Origin: Oculina patagonica
Lineage: Eukaryota
NCBI RefSeq assembly: GCF_052425735.1
Contig: NC_135764.1
Location: 27,590,001 to 27,654,000 of the forward strand
Length of the DNA: 64,000 bases
Reading direction: 5' to 3'
Shown: piece by piece, positions 46,901 through 59,700 of the stretch
How positions within the stretch are numbered: position 1 is the stretch's first letter
Layout of the letters: each line of letters starts with the position of its first letter
Notes under the pieces: generated by a model
Seen by the model: the letters and a program-made list of their open reading frames with translations, nothing else
Told to the model about the DNA's origin: nothing
Database searches by the model: none
Program-made: the position numbers and the translations under genes

Positions 46901-49900
46901 TCCGTTTCCGGTGCACTACCTACTAACTGTGCCTTGAGTCGCTTATCAGAATTTAAACAATGACTGCAAACCCGACGGAGTTTTCTAAACAGGAAGGAAT
47001 TTTGGCAGAGAATCAGTTGTGACGAACTGGGCACAACGAGCTGGGGCTGATGGCACGTTAACTAAACAAATTGAAAACTAAACAGTAGTAAATGGGAATC
47101 AAGCAAGTAATGATCTTCAGGTTAGAATACTTTGATAGGCTGTATTTTCGTTTTTTTTTTTACTTATTTAATATTATACAGTTGAACCACGCCATTTCGA
47201 ACTCTCAGGGGAAGCAAAACTGAATACATCAAGAAATCAGGAGGTTCGAGACAGCCGATAGCATGCAAATGACTGAAAAGCAAATGTATTTGAGTTTGAG
47301 ATAGCGAAGTTTAACTGTATTAATTTTCCTTTCTACTTTAAAGGATTTCAAGAAATTGGAACCGTAAAATGCTAACCTCGAGTTTCAAATTTATTCTATA
47401 TTGTTATGCATTTTTAGCCCTGCCACCAAAAGCCGTCCTCCCGTCTTAATGGATCTTTGACAATTGTCAAGTACCATACAGAAAATGAACTTTCAAGAAA
47501 AATGAACTCTCTCCTGATCACAGGCTACTACAATACAGACACCTCCATGATACGGAAACTAAGCTCTGCACCTTTGGTGTCCGTATTAAAAAGGGGGTTC
47601 GACCGTACTATTCTACTTACTCAAACTTCAATTAAACCTCTCCATCTCAAACTTGCAAGGGAAGCGAAAAGTAGTTACAGTTCTAAAGTGACGAATTCTA
47701 GATAGCAATAGTATATGAATGAAAAAGCAATTCATTCAATGAAAATTGATTTGAGTTGGAGAGTGGAAAGTTCGACACAGGCGAGTTCAAGATAACAAGG
47801 TTCAATGTCAGTACTGTTGCTGGTTTCCTGTAAAACAGATGACAATACCTGCTGTGTGGAGTTTGAAGCCAGTTATTTGAACAGTTGTGACAGAAGATGC
47901 GCCCACATATTCTGCAATGATGCTGGGAAAATTAAAACAAAAAACATTCAATAAAACACTTCTCGGTTTACTGTATCATTGTACGTGGAAAATGTTTGAA
48001 AAGTCTTCAGACATGCGATACTTTTCACCCAATTAATACATAACGCGAGTACTCAATAGTTCTTCTAAATGAGCATGACGTCATCAGCATACATCACATT
48101 GCATAGAAACATGACGTAAACTGACTAATGGTGAAATGATGACGTCACGGTCTGACAAACTGAAAGATAGATTCTGCACGATGCATAGGGTGTAAATTAT
48201 TTTTTCTTTTTCTTTGCAATTCGCGATACCAACGCAATGCACGAAGAGACTTGTAGGTGTACGTACGGTTGGGCTGCTTGTCTATGGCACTCATTTATAC
48301 ACCAGGGCCCGGTTGCATAAAAATACTTAAGATTACGTGAGATTTTCTGCAGTCATTCCCTGTGCTCTGAGGGGTTTTCTCCCGTGCCTATAAGTATAAA
48401 TCGGGAGAAATTGTAATAAAGAACACTGGAAAAACCAAAACGCTTTGAAAACATTCACCGGAACGCAGAGAGCTGTTGCAGAAAATCGCCCGTAATCTTA
48501 AGTATTTTTATGCAACCGGGCCCTTGCTCCGGCGAAGAATGCAGTGGATACCATAACTTGTTTTGTCAACACTTATCCACCGGATAGTGATTTATCTTGT
48601 GCATAGCGTTATCCACCCTTTGAACAAATGGGCCCTGGGTGTAGAGAGGCACTGTGAGAGTGAAGTGTATTGCCAAAGAACACAAACCTTTCTCAAGAGG
48701 AAAGAGAACTCGGCCTTACAGCCGAGGCAGTGAGATACTTCACCGTCATCCATCCATCTGTCGTCAGCTTTCACCTTGATCTCATGCTCCATGTCATCGG
48801 CTTTTTTCCATAGCTCAGCTTTTTCTCTGAAAAGAACAATAAACTATTAATCCAAGCCAGAGACGGTAAATGCATTACGAATATAACAAAACTTGCAGTA
48901 ACTCACGAAAGTTCCTCAACGCTCAGTTGCACGCTTCCCGCGTTTAGCAGTGGTTGTACGTTTCTGCGTGGTTGCATGTTTTCCCGCGCTTGGCGGCGGC
49001 TGCACGTTTCCCGTGCTTGGCGGCGGTTGAACGTTTCCCGCGTCTAGCGGCAGTTGCTTGTCTTCCTGCGTTTTGCGGTGGCTGCATGTTTTCCCGCGCT
49101 TGGCGACAGTTTCCTGTTTTTCCGTGCTTGACGGCTGTTGCACGTTTTTGTCACAAGTCTAATTGGTTGTGTTAGCTTTGAATCGCCAGATGAAATTACT
49201 TCAATTCTTTTACTGCAGTTATTTGAAAGCCGCGCTTGACCTACTTACAAAAGAAAACAGATCGTACGAAGTTTTGTTCTCACCATACCTCGTTACTTCA
49301 ACCAGCCTGTTTTTCAATTCCTCCATGTCTGCCTTGACCTGAGCTATTTTTGCCTCATACTGTTCACTGCTCGCGCCTTTTTCCTCCTCGACGTCGTCAA
49401 CTTTTTTTTTCAGTTCTCGCTGCCTAGAGCGTTCTTCCTCCAACTGTTTCGCTGTCAGCAGAAGCTCGTTTTCCAATGTGCGCATTTTGAGCTTGTTCTC
49501 GTCAAATCCGCTCTTGTATTGTTGTACCTGTAAGAAATAAAATCATAAAAATAAGATCACGCGAAAGACGGGGCAAATTTTCAAATGATGAACTGAAAAT
49601 AAACGCGATTTTTGATGTCTCTAAACATATTTTGGCTGCTGTACCACTCTTCTGAAAGCAGGAATAAACTGAAAATATTGCAGATAACATTTCTTTAAGG
49701 CTTTTAAATTGTAAAAGACTGAAACAAGTGTACAGGAAAGAGGTTATTGTTTCCTAGTTTCTATACGTGCATGTTCGGGCAGTGTCAAGAAATTGAAATG
49801 AAATTAGGGCTTGGAATAAACGCTCACGAAAAATAACGCGACTTAAATATTATGAACGCGAATTTTGAGAATTCTCGTTAATTTCCTATGGAGGTTAAAG

Positions 49901-52283
49901 GATTTTTTATGATAGGTTCAAATGTGACAAATCTCCCGCGAGCTGCAAGGAATAGTTTTGTCGAATAGTGAGATATGTATGGACTTAAAGGATGGTATAT
50001 TTCAAGCTTGGAGAAGCACATTGGGAATGATGGTTTTTAGTCGGTGATACAAGCTACTCGGAAAAAAATTCCGCGTTCTTCCAACAACAGTTGAACGTAC
50101 GACCTTCTGCACACCAGTTAGATGCTCTACTATTGACCTACAGAAAACTCGTGGGTGCTATGCCATATATAGCCAGCGTAGCTTGGCGTTCGTGCCTTCC
50201 GCCGTCGCTTTGCTCGCGCGCGCGATTTCTCTCTCCCCCCCCCTAGCACCCCAACGCCCCACTATGCCATATACAGTCAACTCTCTCCTTGCGGACACTC
50301 GCTATTACGGACAAAATCCAGATCCCCGACGAAAGAGGTCTGACTGGAAATGACTCCCGCTATTACGGAATCTCGCCATAACGGACACTAAACGATGCCC
50401 CGAGCGTGTCCGATATATCGAGAGTTGACTTCAACTAGGTTCAAATGTGACAAACATCCCGCTTATTGCTAGGAATTATTTTTGTCAATTAATGAGAAGA
50501 AATAATGGTTTTTTTTTTTTTGGGGGGGCTCTAATAATGGTTTATGTACGTTAAGTTTGCTAAAAATAGAACTACTTTATCCAGACAGAACGCGCCATAT
50601 TTCTATTCATTAACTAACCTCACTTCGTAGATGCTTTATTTCTGACACGTATTTGTGCTTGTCGTGTTGTAAAGTATCATTTCGTTCTTTTAACCGAGTC
50701 TCCAGGTCCGTAATTAACTCCTGTTGTTCTGAAAGGCGATCTTTGACACTGTTATACTCTTGGATTTGGTCTGACAAACTCTAGGAAAATACAAAATGAA
50801 AATAATGACAAACAAATAATGGATTTATCGCATTTCCAAATTGGTACTAAAAACAGTTTCTCTTCAATGCCAGAATGTCATAGATTCACATTAAAGGCGC
50901 TTTGTCATGGATTTTAACAGACTTTTGAACAGGGAAAATTTATATTTGTGTCGTAGGAAGCCTACAAATAACGGACCATTTTTATTAAAAATTGCGCTAT
51001 ATACAGAGCACTGAAACTGTTAACAAGTGTGGATTGAAACTTGAAAAATCAGGGCTAAACTTTTCAAGTTTCTCCGCGCGTCTTCTGAAAAAAACTTTTT
51101 AAAGCCGAATTTTTTTTTCTATCCACAAATTAAGGTTATATCTATCTTAGACGTTCAAAGATACTGTCTTTTATGGGTTAACCTGCCACGCTATTTCAGA
51201 ACAGTTTAGACCAAAAATCTGCGAAATCCTTGTGACGTAGCCCCTTTCAGGCCTCTTTTCCTTACCTTAAGTTCTGTTTCATATTTTATTGTCTCAGAGC
51301 TAAGCTGAAACTTAAGCGCCGCGATCTCTTGATCCATCATGCACCGCAGGCTCTCAAGCTGCTCTTGCGCCTTCACCTGGCCCTGTTCCGCGCGAATCCT
51401 CGCCTCATTGGCTGCTTCTAGCTGTTGCCTAGCAACATCCAACTCGTGATCCAGGCCGATCCTTTCGTCTTGACATGAAGACATTTTCTCTTCTAAATTT
51501 TTCAATTGGCCATCCAGGTCTTTCTTTTCGGCATCGATAGTTTGCAGCGTGTCTGTAATGCTTGCCAAATCGGATTCTAGTTTGTGTTTGGACTGCACGG
51601 TTTCTTCAAGCTGCACTTTCAGAGCCGTGAGTTCGTCGTGCGCGCTTGATCTTAGTTTCTGCTCCTCGTCTTGAAGTCCCTTCAGCTGTGACAGTTCATC
51701 CAAAGCCTTGCACTTTTCTTCAACAACTAACGATATATCAGACTTAAGTGTCTGCTCCGATTTCTCAAGAAGCGCAAGTTTGTTATCTGCTTCCATTTTC
51801 TCCTGCAACGACACAAGGTATAAAAATGCTAGTTATTTCAAAGCTTAAAAGCAGATATCATCGTTGACCTGAGGATTCGATTCAGGGTGTCCTTTGCTAA
51901 GTTAAAGTACATTCACATATCAGCCTAGTAAAATGGCCCAGCTCTCAACGAGTCTTTTGTAGCTCAGTTGGTTAGAGCGCCCAGCCGGTATCTCAATCTG
52001 GGAGGCCATGGGTTCGATTCCCGTCGGGGACTCAGAATTTTTCTTTGTCCCATGCTCGTGTCATGTTAACATCTTACATTTATTATTTCATACCGAGCTA
52101 AAAATTTACCATCTTTATTAGTTGCTACATTCATACCTTTTCAAGGACTCCTTTTTCCTCATTAATGAATTCGATTCTTCTTCGTGAGCTGTCAACTTCT
52201 TCATTCAAACTGCAAAATTTTTTAAACATTACGACAGTCTAATACACAATATTAGGCAACAGGCATTAGAATATTACGTTTAA

Positions 52284-52317
<34 letters not shown>

Positions 52318-52365
52318 ACTGAGTAGATAGCCAACGAGACGCGTATTGCCAAGTTGGCTATAACG

Positions 52366-52399
<34 letters not shown>

Positions 52400-53693
52400 T
52401 TTTATTAAAAACGCCCAAAAAATTACAATATTTGAGCTCCCCGGCTGTCCTCGTGGACGCGTACACTTACCATTTGTATGGTCCATGGTATATGAGCTCA
52501 TATACCATTGCCTGTTAACCAATCAAAACTCAGGAATTTCAATATACCATTGCTAGTATTTAATAAAGTTATGCATCATTTAAATCTAACACGCCACTCA
52601 TGCACACTTACGTTGTAATTTCAATCGTTTTCTTTTCAATGTTTCCCTTTAGTTTAGCCATATGCTCCTCTAATTGTTCCTTCTGAGTACTCTTCTCGTG
52701 AAGTTGATTATGAAGGCATGACATCTCTGCTACAAGATGCTTGGCTTGCTGAAATAACACATTAAGCCGTCACGATTATTGCGATTTTCAAACCTCAAGG
52801 ATTGTGAAAAATTTCTCAAACGTCAAAAATTTCTCACTCCCACCCCCCACGCAGCCTTTGTGTTGCCTTTCACCTCCCCTCTCCCTCCACTTGTACTCAT
52901 GCAGCTCGTGTTATGTTAGCTTTTCAATAACGCAATGGGGGAGGCATGAACAATGTACTTACGTTTTCTCTTAAAATTATTGCGGCTTTGTCCCTACCAC
53001 TAATTCTAAGATAACATCTTAAAACCAAATCTTTGCTTAATCCCAAATGCTCATTAAGGTCCGGTAATACGGGCAACATTTTTGTTCAACTTGTCTCGCA
53101 ACATTGTTGCACTGCAAGTTGAACGAGTTGGTGCCCGTATTACTACCGCGCGCTCAACTTGTCTCGCAACAAATTTCGGTGTTGCAAGTTGAAAAAAGTT
53201 GTTCAACTTGCAGTGCAACAATGTTGCGAGACAAGTTGAACAAAAATGTTTCCCGTATTACCGGACCTTTAGACTCAATAAGTTGACAGCATCATTCCAC
53301 ACGGACTTCATTTCAAATATTTAAGAGCCTAAAGACGTATGGAAACCTACAAATAANNNNNNNNNNNNNNNNNNNNNNNNNNNNNNNNNNNNNNNNNNNN
53401 NNNNNNNNNNNNNNNNNNNNNNNNNNNNNNNNNNNNNNNNNNNNNNNNNNNNNNNNNNNNNNNNNNNNNNNNNNNNNNNNNNNNNNNNNNNNNNNNNNNN
53501 NNNNNNNNNNNNNNNNNNNNNNNNNNNNNNNNNNGTCAAACCTTATAGCCTGGAAAAATAATACCATACTAATTAGGGGACACTGCTAAAAACTAAAAGC
53601 TACACTAATACTAAATATAAATACAATAAAAATATATATAAGTCATATAAAAATGTTATTATAATCTATGATATAAAAAAAAATGTTAAAATC

Positions 53694-53755
<62 letters not shown>

Positions 53756-56700
53756 TAATAATAATAATGACTTGACTTGAGAGGCACTATGTGCAGCATA
53801 GAATGCATCCCTTACAGCCGTTGTCCATCAAGCGAGCAAATTACTATGCCAGTGTACTGAAGCTATAAACAAGTGATAAAGTCAACTCTCTCTAAAAAGA
53901 ACACCGTAGGGACCGGCTCCAACTGTCCATTTTAGAAAGGTGTCCGCCCTATAGGGAGTTTAGTTACAGTAAAATGACTGAAAACGGTAGGGATGTGACC
54001 AATACAAGGTGTCCGTCTTAAAGGGGTGTCCGTTAGGAGAGAGTTGACTGTATTATCGTGATGCCATCAGGAACTTTAGATCTCAACTTGAAAAAGTCAG
54101 CCTGACTTTTTCAATTTCTGCCCTAGCTTGTGTCCTGGAAAAACAGCTAAAAACTAATAAAGGCTCCTCTCTTCCTTAACAACAATTTACTTTATATCTT
54201 CGATTTGATGTTCCTTTTTCGTGTAAGAGAGAGAGAGTCCTTCGTCAATTTAAAGGGACTGTGTCACGGCCGAGTTTAGCCAGCGAACAGGCTTTCCAGA
54301 GATTTTCGGAAAGCGCTGCGACGAGGTGCGAAGCGCGCCGGCCGAGCACTCCCCAGAAAGCCTGTTCGCAGGCTAGGCCGAGTTAAGTTTATAATACTCG
54401 CCATGAAACTTAAATATGTTTGCAAACAAATTACTTCTGTTGATCTAAATGACAAAACCATAGCTTCATTGCAACCAAATGTGTCTCCCGGGCGTTATAA
54501 TTTAAAGTTGCAAGCCAGCACGATAAACTTTCAAACTGTTTAGCAGAACAATATTTAAACAACCCGTATCGCAATCCGTTTCAATCTTTGTCGCTTTTGG
54601 CAATCTGTACTTTCTTTTGTATTTGGTGTGTTATTGAAATGTCCCTTCACTGTTTTAACAGGTTGTTTTTTATATTTCAACTAATTTGATGGACATTTCT
54701 CCTGCCTAAATTTGGTTAAAATCCGTGATACAGTCCCAATAAGTAATTTTTACTGAAAAGCAGAAAAATGCCTGTGTCAATGTATAACCTTTAACGGTAA
54801 CGAAAGCATAAACACGGCATGTCGTGCATTTTGAAAGTGAACGAGACCTTTTTTTATTACCTTTAAAATAACTTTGCTGGAATCCTTCGCAACATGGTGG
54901 CCATCTTGAACATCTTCATCTTTGGGACTATCTTGATCTTGAACGAGAAGTTGAAAAGTTTCGTTCAATTCTGACATAAATGTTTCTTGTGTTCGTTCCT
55001 GAGAGCTTAGCTGCGTTTTGAGGTCTTGAATAACATTTTGTGATTCACTGCAGGCGTTTTCCAACTCCTCTATTTTCGCATTTGCGTTTGTTAGTTTATT
55101 TGTTAAGTCTCTGTTTTGCTGTTGAATCTCGACGATGTTCGTTTCTAGCCTTCTGTTTTCAGCACTTTGATTTTGCAAGCCTTGTTCCCTATCCATCAAC
55201 CTACTCTTCAATTCAGACTCCAATTCTTCAAAAGAACCGAATACCATGCCATTCAACTTTTCAAACGATTCTTGCACTCTCTCTAAAACAACTTCTTTCG
55301 CTTTCAGCTCTCCTTGCAGCTCCGCGACTCTCTTGTTAGACTCCGTTCCGGCCAATTCAAGCTTGTTACACTTTTCTTTAAATTCTGACAGCTTCGTTTC
55401 TAATTCTCCACCCAATTCATCTTTGCGTTTAAGCCGTTCTTTTAATTGCTCGCATTCAGAAGTCAATTCGCTCTGTTTTCTCTCAGAAGCCGTAATTTGT
55501 CTTTCAAGTTCGATGGCGGACCTCTGTGCCTCGTGTGACGAGCTCACAGACAACTTGACTTCTTCTTTAAGTTTCTCAATTTCTGCTTCTCTTTCACTAA
55601 GTGCCTTTTCGGCTGTAGTAAGCTTCACGAACAGTTCTTTAACTTTTGCATTCATTTCTTCCGAGACACCTTTTGTCAAATTAGTGTATCGTTCATTTAG
55701 CTGTTTAATTTTAAGCTCGTAATCTTGACTCGCAAACTTTCGATCGTCGTGCGCTCTATTCGCTTCGCTACAAGCTTTAGATAGCTGAGTTTCCATCTCA
55801 GCTTTCCATTTTAAAATTCGCTGGTGAAGATGCGAGATTTCCAGTGTCATATCGGTGATAGTAGGAGTTTCCACTGTTGAATCAGAGATGCTCACATTAT
55901 CTAAACCGCCTTCTAAGTGTTCTGTTTTTCCGAGAGAATTTTCCTTCACAAAAGTCGCTTTAAGGGCGGAGACTTCTGATGCAAGAGCAATCAGAGGATC
56001 TGGTCTTTCATTCTACAATAGACACCAAATAAGAAACATGTAAGACAAAAAGCATTCACATAAAATATCAAACTTCTGCGTCCCAGTTTAAACTAAATCA
56101 TTTCTAACAACACCAAACATTAACAACAAATTTCGAATTTCCACTAATTTCCACTGAATCGCTTAAGGATATTTTTACAAAATAGCTACACGTGAAATTT
56201 TACGTATAGTTACCGGTAATAGTTACATAGTTCTTGTGAACTTTCAAATTCATTTTATCGGACTCTGATTTATAAGAAATTGTTGTTGGTGTTATCACGG
56301 ATAATATCCTACATCTTTAGCTTTTGAAAAGGGTGGAAAGTAATTATAACGTAACAGGATTAATTTTTTTCTGACTGGTACTCGACCTTTGTCCAACTAA
56401 AATTAATATAATTACTCAATTTCCTGATGGATTCTGTCTTAAATACATCACCATGCATTTCTTGTGGACAGTATTCAGTCTGTTAAATGTATCTACATGC
56501 ACAGTCTCTGACTGTGTAAATTTCAATAGACCTGTTTTTTCGACTGAATAAAGCATCTCTTACCCTTAGATCGACACTGGTCATGCTACTGATACTGCTT
56601 CTTCGACCAGACACAGAACCTTGACCATCCACAAAGGATCTCCTGAAAAAGCAAAATTCAACCATGTTAGGGTGTGAAGTAAAACTTAAGGATGAGATGC

Positions 56701-59700
56701 ACGGGGGGGGGGGGGGGGTGTGGCGTGGGGGACTCAAAGAAGTTTTATATGGGGAGGCTCCGCCTCGAGCTCTGACCCCTTACCCTTTTATATACCATTT
56801 TTGACAAAAATTGTACCCCTTTGGTATACCTTTTACTGACAAAGGATACCCCTTTCATATACCTAAAAGTCATGGCATAGACTTAGAACAGGACGCTTTC
56901 TTGTCATTTTCACGTAGCGCTTAATAAATTACAATAATACAGCCGTACATTGCGTCTGCTCAAAATATTTTAATTAAAGGCCCTTTTAAATACCAAAATG
57001 ACAGATTTCCATACCCTTTCGTATACAAAAACGTGTGAAATCCCTACCCTTTCATATACCTTAAGCCTAAAAAAGGTACCCCTTTTGGGCGGAGCCTCCC
57101 CGTATAGGCCATTATAGGGAGTACCCCCCCCCCCCCGGGAGATGCACCAAATTGTACATCTTACAAAAGATTAAACCACAGCTTAAGAAGGCACAGCTGG
57201 CTGTTGCTATCAGTTAGCTCACCACATTAAGCACCAAACCACAGACACCAGGCCAGGTGTATACATTAGCCTCCTCATTTCAGAGTCTTGTGGAGAGGGG
57301 GGTGGGGGGGGGGGTGAGTAAAAATACTGCTTCTTGATTGATTCCACAAAAAAAACAAGGATAAGCTCTGATGGTAACAGACATTATGCCAGATGCAGAC
57401 ATTGTTTTGCCATCTAGCCTAGTAAGCTTGCATTGTGTGCAATAAGAGCTAGATTTGGTAGCATATAGGTCCACAATTCGTGTGCAGAGGTTGATAAACA
57501 AGTATTATGATGCATGCAAAGAGCTAGATGATCAAATTGTTGGCTCGCAATTCGTACAGAGTGTGATGATCAATCATCATAGAACTGCAATGAGTGCAAA
57601 AACGTACTAAAGTAATTATGTACACTGTTATATGTAACTATACCTTGAAAATGCTGGCCATGATATGTCAAGTTCATGTCCACTGCAAGGAAGATCAAAC
57701 TCAAGGTCGTTCAAGTCATACAGTTTGTTAATCAAGGCGGTTGACAGGGAGGGGTGGCACAGAATTGCCTCAGGACCATAATATGCACTGAAACAGAAGT
57801 AACAATTCCAAAACTTTTATTAATCTTTCTGTTAATCACCTCATTGATAAACCTTTTCAAAGGACCATAATACCAGTATGACTAATAGATGTGTGTGCAT
57901 TATATACTTCACCTAATTAATAATCCCTTTAAAGCAAAGCAGAAAAGAGCTCATATATTTAATCTTTTCAGGTTCTTAACATATCTAGCAAAGGAAAGGG
58001 TGGGGTGCACAACCTTTTACTCAGGAAGGAAATGTGATTCCTGTTAAGGAATTTGTCCACTAAAATATTGGAAAGTTAACAACATGAGGCAAGAACTGGG
58101 AGAAGCAATGTAATTACCGTATTTATTCAATTAAATGGTGTGACGTTAATTAAATTTTTCATAATTCGAGGGTGGTGTTTATTAATCTTTCTGCCCTTAT
58201 GTGCAGTGTTAATTCATGGGCGGCGTTTATTCGATGGAGGAGTTTAATAGAATGAATACTGTACCTGAAATAAAATAATGCTGCACTTGCAGCGACAGGG
58301 TGTAGCATGTTGGTCTCTTGATTGGGATATTTGAGTTTATAATATGACCTGTGTGTCTTGTACTGTTCGACTTCTGGAACAAGACACCACTCTCACGGTA
58401 CCCCCGGGGGGGGGGGGCTCACCCAAAATGCCTATATGGGTATGTGCCGCCCAACAGGGTTGTGATTTCGGGCTCCCGATCAAGAACGGGGTATTCATTT
58501 TAGAAACAATTTCTAGAATGGGGTATGGCATTTCAAACATAGAAAATTAGCAGCCAAAACAGGGTGTTAAAGAACTGATCTTTTTCTAGAACAGGTTATC
58601 ATTTTGAATGAAAATTCTTTTTTAAGCAGGGTTCCACTTTGGAGACCTGGGCGGCACATACCCACCCAAAATATATCTGAGTACCCCCCTACCAGGGGTC
58701 TACCCGGTGTCTCAACAGGTTTTCAGAGATTGCGAATTTTGCAAACTGACATAATGTTTAATACCATTATTAATAACAGTTCAGCACTGGTGAGATGTGA
58801 CAGACAGGCTTGGAGCAAACTTAAAATCATTGTGTTCTCACACTGCTGGTAATTTGTATAACAAAATTTATACCATGCCATAGAAAATACAGCCAATCAG
58901 AATACAGGAAAGCCGTTGTATATTCGACGGTATTCAATCCAACCTTCCCATAGTGCGCTGCGTCTGTACTCTAGACGAAATTTAGTAAGCGTATTTTCTA
59001 TGGCATGTTATAAAATAGTTACACAACACTTTCTCGTGGTATACTATGGAATATCCCACTTGTCACTTGTATTTTCTTGGCATACACACTCGCCTAAAGG
59101 CTCGTGTGTATACCGAGAAAATACAAGTGACTCGTGGGATATTCCATAGTATACCACTCGAAAGCATTGCATAACTAGTTTATATTTTACAAAAAATTAA
59201 TGTCAACTTTGCCTACCTCAACTGTTTTCTCATGACCAAGCATCTCTGAATTGCATCTGCCAGTGACTTTTTCACCAGCGAGTAGCGAATGAAAGCTCTT
59301 CCTTTGCCTTGAGATGTTTTGAGCTAAAGGTGAAACAACGACCAATTGGAAATTTGAAAGCCAAGGATTTGCCAGAAGTTGGAAACATTCTTATCCCTCT
59401 ATCAAACTATTAACTTCAATTTGTGATGTGGCATTTATGTGTCATGTATGGTACATGTAAAGTGTTGATCAGTTAATAACTGCAGCTTGCTGTTGATCTT
59501 TGTGTGCTTTGTTACTCAAAGCTTTCGTTTTCTAAATTTGTTATATATCCAACCACTTTACTTTTTATAATAAATAGGAAATATCTATTATATACTGTAC
59601 CTGGGGTATGGCATGTACAACTTTCACTCCATCATCCTTAGGAATGCACTCACTAATAAAATTCCAGTAGTCTTTTCTCACCCCAAGAAGAGAGTACTTT

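Noticed and set aside
51957-52035. Possible tRNA gene
   Set aside because: A and B boxes are present but the acceptor stem does not pair, and antisense relatives occur elsewhere; this is a SINE head.
53313-53567. ORFs spanning the X run
   Set aside because: Artefacts of the assembly gap.
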